Virus record (IMG/VR): IMGVR_UViG_3300032007_004072
Location: 1-10,222 of that record
Direction: 5' to 3' (one strand)
Source of the DNA: a virus
Lineage: Duplodnaviria > Heunggongvirae > Uroviricota > Caudoviricetes
Length of the DNA stretch: 10,222 nucleotides
Under the pieces are notes generated by a model. It had not been told where the DNA came from and did not search any database. It worked only from the letters and a program-made list of their open reading frames with translations. Made by a program: the position numbers and the translations under genes. This document shows, piece after piece, positions 6,611-10,222 of the stretch. How positions within the stretch are numbered: the first letter of the stretch is position 1; each line of letters begins with the position of its first letter.

Positions 6611-7849
6611 TATAATGCTGTTATAGATTATCAACCAAAAACAGAAAATGCAAAAAGTGTTCCAGAAACATATAGATTTATAGCTTCTAATATAAAGGGT
6701 TGCTATGTTTCTTGGTCAAGGTCTTTACCTTCTGGAGAAGTAAGAATAGGTAGTGATATTTATTTATCTATTCCTAACGGTTGGGATGAAAGACTTTGTT
6801 ATTATCCTTGGTATACAGGACATAGATATTGGCAATATAATCAGTGGGATTATCCAGAACAAAATTATGAAAATTCAAGTACTACTCCAAAAGGAGCAAG
6901 AAACAATGAAAGTGTATACAGATATTATCATGGAAATGAAACAAATTTAGATGTTTATGTAAATAGAAATAGATTTACAGATAAGTTACTTATTTGGTAT
7001 AAGCAAGTTGAGAGAAAAGTGGCTTTAATTGATGATTTGTCACCTACGTTAGAAAACCCTACTAAGCCAACAAAAAATACAACTATTATTAGAATGAAGG
7101 TATTTGTACAAAATTCTAATGAGACTGTAAATTTTTATATTAAGCCTCTTAGTAACTGCATAACATATGTATATGATTTTGGCGATGGTAGTAAGAATGT
7201 ATATACTCAAGAAGATTATAGTACAGTTATAAGTCATAAGTATTCTTCACCTGGTTATTATGTTGTAGATGTAGACATTGTTTCAGGTATTAACTCGGCT
7301 GTTCATGTTAGGTTGCTTGATAGGGTTATTGTTAATTCAGATTTTAATACGTCTAGTGTACTTAAGACATTGTACGTTAATTGTAGTGGTGAATTTGAAA
7401 CTACAGAAGTATCTTTTGAGTGTGGTGGTACATTAGAGTATGTATATATATCAGCTGTACAAGATCATTATTCTATAAATTTTTGGGATGGTACTCGTAT
7501 TGATGATTTATATATAGTACCTAAAGATACAGAAGAAGACCAATTTCAGGGAAACGTAGTATTATCCAGTGGCTATGGTAATTATTATAATATGGTTAGT
7601 AATTTACATTTAAGTAGTAAGGTCAAGCAGTTAGACGTTTCATATTTTAATTATTTTAATACTGGGACAGTTAATGTTTATTCTTATTCGCTTGACCCGT
7701 TGAGAGTAATTTGTTATCCAGTATATGATAGTGTTAATGATATATATGATTTTTCATTATTAGCTTTTGATATGTTGTTATTTATAAGAGCTTCAATTAT
7801 AACTGAGGTTCAAGAATTAAATTATAATTTACCTATTTCAGTGTTTTAA
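6548..7849 (+). CDS. Putative tail-associated protein (433 aa from TTG 6548, or the frameshifted continuation of the 4615 gene): tail-domain C-terminal fragment, PKD-like domain, degenerate LRR-like region
   Basis: The frame is open from 6539. AGGTGGT (6537-6543) could be an SD for TTG 6548. NIKGCYVSW...GEVRIGSDIYLSIP matches the C-terminal part of the virion family. YDFGDG...SHKYSSPGYYVV is a PKD signature. The start position is uncertain. Confidence 0.65.
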   Translation: MGTEAQALSAGYPLMRYGLAEYNAVIDYQPKTENAKSVPETYRFIASNIKGCYVSWSRSLPSGEVRIGSDIYLSIPNGWDERLCYYPWYTGHRYWQYNQWDYPEQNYENSSTTPKGARNNESVYRYYHGNETNLDVYVNRNRFTDKLLIWYKQVERKVALIDDLSPTLENPTKPTKNTTIIRMKVFVQNSNETVNFYIKPLSNCITYVYDFGDGSKNVYTQEDYSTVISHKYSSPGYYVVDVDIVSGINSAVHVRLLDRVIVNSDFNTSSVLKTLYVNCSGEFETTEVSFECGGTLEYVYISAVQDHYSINFWDGTRIDDLYIVPKDTEEDQFQGNVVLSSGYGNYYNMVSNLHLSSKVKQLDVSYFNYFNTGTVNVYSYSLDPLRVICYPVYDSVNDIYDFSLLAFDMLLFIRASIITEVQELNYNLPISVF

Positions 7850-7863
7850 GGTGGTGATAATAA

Positions 7864-9432
7864 TTGTTTTCACATTATAAAGTTACTAGTACTTCGGAAA
7901 TGAAAGAAAAAATAATAAATTTTGTTTGTATAGTGTGTGGACTTGAATTATCACCATCAAGTAATATACAAGTACTTACTAAAGATAATAATCATAAATT
8001 ATGGTTTATGCAGGAATCTTATGGTATATCTGTATGGATTACTGATTTTGATGACGTTAACGTAGATGGTTCTACAGTAGAAACATCTCCATATTATGCT
8101 ACCTCTACTGTAGGTCTTGCTGGAAGATATGTAACAGATGAGCAAGTAACAGTTATAGATGAAGAAGCAACAGCAGAAGCAAAGGCAGAAGCTATGGAAG
8201 AATTAGAGGAGTGGAAAAAGGAACAAGGTGGAGAAGATCCAGAATCAACTTTTAAGGAAGTAAGGAAGAAAGTAATATATGAACAAGAATTAGCGAAGAA
8301 GTTAAAAGAGATAGACGAAATAAAGAAAACAAAAAAAGAGTGGCATAGATTATATGATACTAATGTATTTCATATAGGTGGAGTACTTAGATTTTCTGAT
8401 GTAACTCAAGATGCTACTTTAGGAAGATATAAATATTTGGATTGTCACTATAATGATGGTGTATTTGCTTTTTTCTTATATTCACATGGAGATAGAAAGA
8501 ATACTAACACCTTAGTGATTGGAGAATATACACCTACGCATAAAAATAATACAGATAGAACATTTATTTTATCTAATACTTTTCGTATTGTTAGCGAAAA
8601 TAAAAATGCTGGCTATGATGATTCATTTGTTTTTGAAGGTGCAAATGGTATTGAAACTTTTCCCCTACATAGTGAGGATAGAATAATACATTATAATAAT
8701 GAATTGTTTAGATTAGTTCAGTATGATATAGATGCTGAGCCAGAACCAAAAAAATATTCTGTAAATGGGGTAAAAGTTGGATTTAGACAAAATATAGCTC
8801 CAGTATGGATACAAAAGTGGAATTTAGCGAAAGAAAAAAGTGATTCAGAATCTAAATATAATGGTAATATAAAGGTATTAGAATGGCAGTACAGAGAATT
8901 ACATTGCACATATGAATGTGAAGAGTCTACGGTGGGCGTAAATTATTTTCCTTTATTAGATACACAAAAAAGGTCTTATAGACAATATGACCCATATATT
9001 CCAGGGCCAGACCCTTACGATGATTTTACAGGATTTAGACGTAGCGGAACAGGAGGAAATTCTGTAAATACTAATAATAATATTAGTGAATGTATGCCTC
9101 TTATATTTTATGTATTAAGAGATCCAGATGATTTAGATAGTTGGTCTTGTGTTGGTATGACTGATATTGTTGGGTATATAAATATGTATAACATGTCAAG
9201 CGGAAGAGTTTTGCAATCAAGATTTAGAGATAATTATCAAAAACATGCTTGTTATGATTTATATAAAAGACGTTGTAAATATACTCCATGGAGTCCAGAT
9301 GAAAATGAGCCGAATCCTGGACATAAATATAATATGTCTTGGGGTTTTGGTGGATATCCAGGAATACATTTTAAATTAGATGATGAGACTACAGAAAATG
9401 CATTAGCAATAGGGAGGGGTAGAGTTGTATAA
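7864..9432 (+). CDS. Putative virion structural/tail protein (522 aa), third paralog, with a charged helical insertion
   Basis: TTG start with SD GGTGAT (7853-7858). The N-terminus MFSHYKVTSTSEMKEKIINFV parallels the other paralogs. The C-terminal PLIFYVLRD...WSCVGMTDIVGYINM...SSG...YPGIHFKL fits the family C-terminus. Confidence 0.65.
   Translation: MFSHYKVTSTSEMKEKIINFVCIVCGLELSPSSNIQVLTKDNNHKLWFMQESYGISVWITDFDDVNVDGSTVETSPYYATSTVGLAGRYVTDEQVTVIDEEATAEAKAEAMEELEEWKKEQGGEDPESTFKEVRKKVIYEQELAKKLKEIDEIKKTKKEWHRLYDTNVFHIGGVLRFSDVTQDATLGRYKYLDCHYNDGVFAFFLYSHGDRKNTNTLVIGEYTPTHKNNTDRTFILSNTFRIVSENKNAGYDDSFVFEGANGIETFPLHSEDRIIHYNNELFRLVQYDIDAEPEPKKYSVNGVKVGFRQNIAPVWIQKWNLAKEKSDSESKYNGNIKVLEWQYRELHCTYECEESTVGVNYFPLLDTQKRSYRQYDPYIPGPDPYDDFTGFRRSGTGGNSVNTNNNISECMPLIFYVLRDPDDLDSWSCVGMTDIVGYINMYNMSSGRVLQSRFRDNYQKHACYDLYKRRCKYTPWSPDENEPNPGHKYNMSWGFGGYPGIHFKLDDETTENALAIGRGRVV
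9413..9417 (+). promoter_or_regulatory. Ribosome-binding site for the TTG 9425 gene (inside the previous CDS)
   Basis: GGAGG, 7 nt upstream of TTG 9425. Confidence 0.75.
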
Positions 9433-10222
9433 TTTAAGATTTTCAGCATATGATAATTTTGATGCTATTGATTCTGCTTTCTATTATGCAACATGCTATG
9501 TGCCTAATGCATTTCCTTATTCTAGTGCGTGGGAGAGTGGGATTTCTATATTTGAAGACGGTGGTTTTGTATTAAATGTTGCAAGAAACACTGATGGTAG
9601 GTGTTGGAGAAGATTAGACAATAGATTAAATACTTTTTATGGTTCTACATATGAATGTCCGTTAAGTGACTATGAAGTTCATTCTGAAGCATATAGATTT
9701 GTTATTTGTGGTAACTTACATATAATGTCAGACTATTCTCGTATTTTTGTTGATTATGTAGTTAGTCCTAAAGATGAACCAGAATCATATGCTGATATGG
9801 GGTGGGGAGATGATATTGCAAATTCTTGGCATCACGAAGTTGATGGCATAAGATTTGATAGTTTAGAGAATATAGTTTCAGTATCTTATCCTAATGCGAC
9901 TATAACTAAATTTGGTGATTTTACTACACCTACATTTGATTACACACTTTCTTCATCAAATATATCTCAGGTATTTAATATACTTAGTAATATTGTTGGT
10001 GGTGTAGATTATGATAGTGTAGATGTGAATATATATAGATCACAGTTACCAACACATATACTTATAGGAGGCATAGAGAAGGAAATATCTGATTTAGATA
10101 ACTTTAATGACGCAATAAGTACTGTTATTGATATAATGAATATATGTAGAGTTTGGGGTATTAGGCTTGTAATTGTTACTGACCCAAGTTACAAAGAAAG
10201 CTCATTTTATTTAGATTATAGA
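9425..10222 (+). CDS. 3'-truncated protein (at least 266 aa; absent from the ORF track), probable tail-cluster protein with an SGNH-like fold
   Basis: I translated frame 2 from TTG 9425 to the window end with no stop: MYNLRFSAYDNFDAIDSAFYYATCYVP...YRFVICGNLHIMSDY...RSQLPTHILIGGIEKE...CRVWGIRLVIVTDPSY... It overlaps the previous stop by 8 nt and has a good SD. Confidence 0.8.
   Translation, partial: MYNLRFSAYDNFDAIDSAFYYATCYVPNAFPYSSAWESGISIFEDGGFVLNVARNTDGRCWRRLDNRLNTFYGSTYECPLSDYEVHSEAYRFVICGNLHIMSDYSRIFVDYVVSPKDEPESYADMGWGDDIANSWHHEVDGIRFDSLENIVSVSYPNATITKFGDFTTPTFDYTLSSSNISQVFNILSNIVGGVDYDSVDVNIYRSQLPTHILIGGIEKEISDLDNFNDAISTVIDIMNICRVWGIRLVIVTDPSYKESSFYLDYR

Larger units (their letters stand above)
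1..10222 (+). mobile_element. Segment of a tailed bacteriophage/prophage genome (accessory cassette plus putative tail/virion gene cluster)
   Basis: Dense co-oriented ORFs with 2-14 nt gaps or overlaps in the main cluster, no housekeeping genes, several proteins resembling phage virion structural proteins, and Firmicutes-type SD sequences (AAGGAGG, GGTGAT). No integrase or att site is in the window, so phage versus prophage cannot be decided. Confidence 0.85.

Noticed and set aside
2807-6620. Stop-codon reassignment (TAG to Gln or TGA to Trp) as the reason for the split genes
   Set aside because: Reading through TAG 4601 meets another TAG and then TAA within 10 codons. Reading through TGA 6556 meets TAA within about 20 codons. 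The long ORFs are intact under code 11.
4601-6655. Insert as a self-splicing intron, intein or IS element
   Set aside because: No RT/maturase, LAGLIDADG, HNH, GIY-YIG or transposase motifs; no intein C/S...HN ends; junctions do not give the exon-U and terminal-G of group I introns; no terminal inverted repeats; only a 5-bp GCAAA match flanks it.
16-9449. Short ORF-track entries (16-216, 41-223, 1713-1907, 1943-2140, 2346-2531, 6753-6950, 7049-7237, 8718-8909, 9252-9449)
   Set aside because: All are 60-66 aa shadows overlapping longer, better supported genes or the terminator/promoter region, with no SD and no recognisable motifs.
1-10222. Diversity-generating retroelement repeats, invertible segments, CRISPR arrays, tRNA genes
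   Set aside because: I saw no long near-identical nucleotide repeat pairs, inverted repeat pairs flanking genes, spaced direct repeats or cloverleaf-compatible intergenic space. A self dot-plot would be needed to exclude subtle cases.

Overview
AT-rich (roughly 30% GC by eye), all plus-strand segment that reads as part of a tailed phage or prophage of a Firmicutes host. A Negativicutes (Selenomonas-like) host is an inference. Two transcription blocks are visible. (1) Positions 1-1825 hold a three-gene cassette of unknown function (membrane-anchored Asn/Gly-rich protein with 11-aa repeats, BclA-C/C1q-like beta protein, small helical protein) closed by a cUUCGg terminator. (2) From a perfect sigmaA/sigma70 promoter at 1849-1877 runs a tightly coupled cluster of putative virion/tail proteins resembling the paralogous virion structural proteins of D3112/MP22-like phages. 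The main surprise is in block 2. One tail domain appears cut in two: its N-part ends the 2816-4603 gene and its C-part resumes in the same frame at about 6656. The 2055-bp insert between them encodes two tandem gluzincin (flagellinolysin-like) folds lacking all zinc ligands, and the second fold itself crosses a reading-frame change at about 6550. Two further tail proteins carry SGNH-like folds lacking the catalytic Ser. All family assignments are motif recognition from memory; no database search was run.
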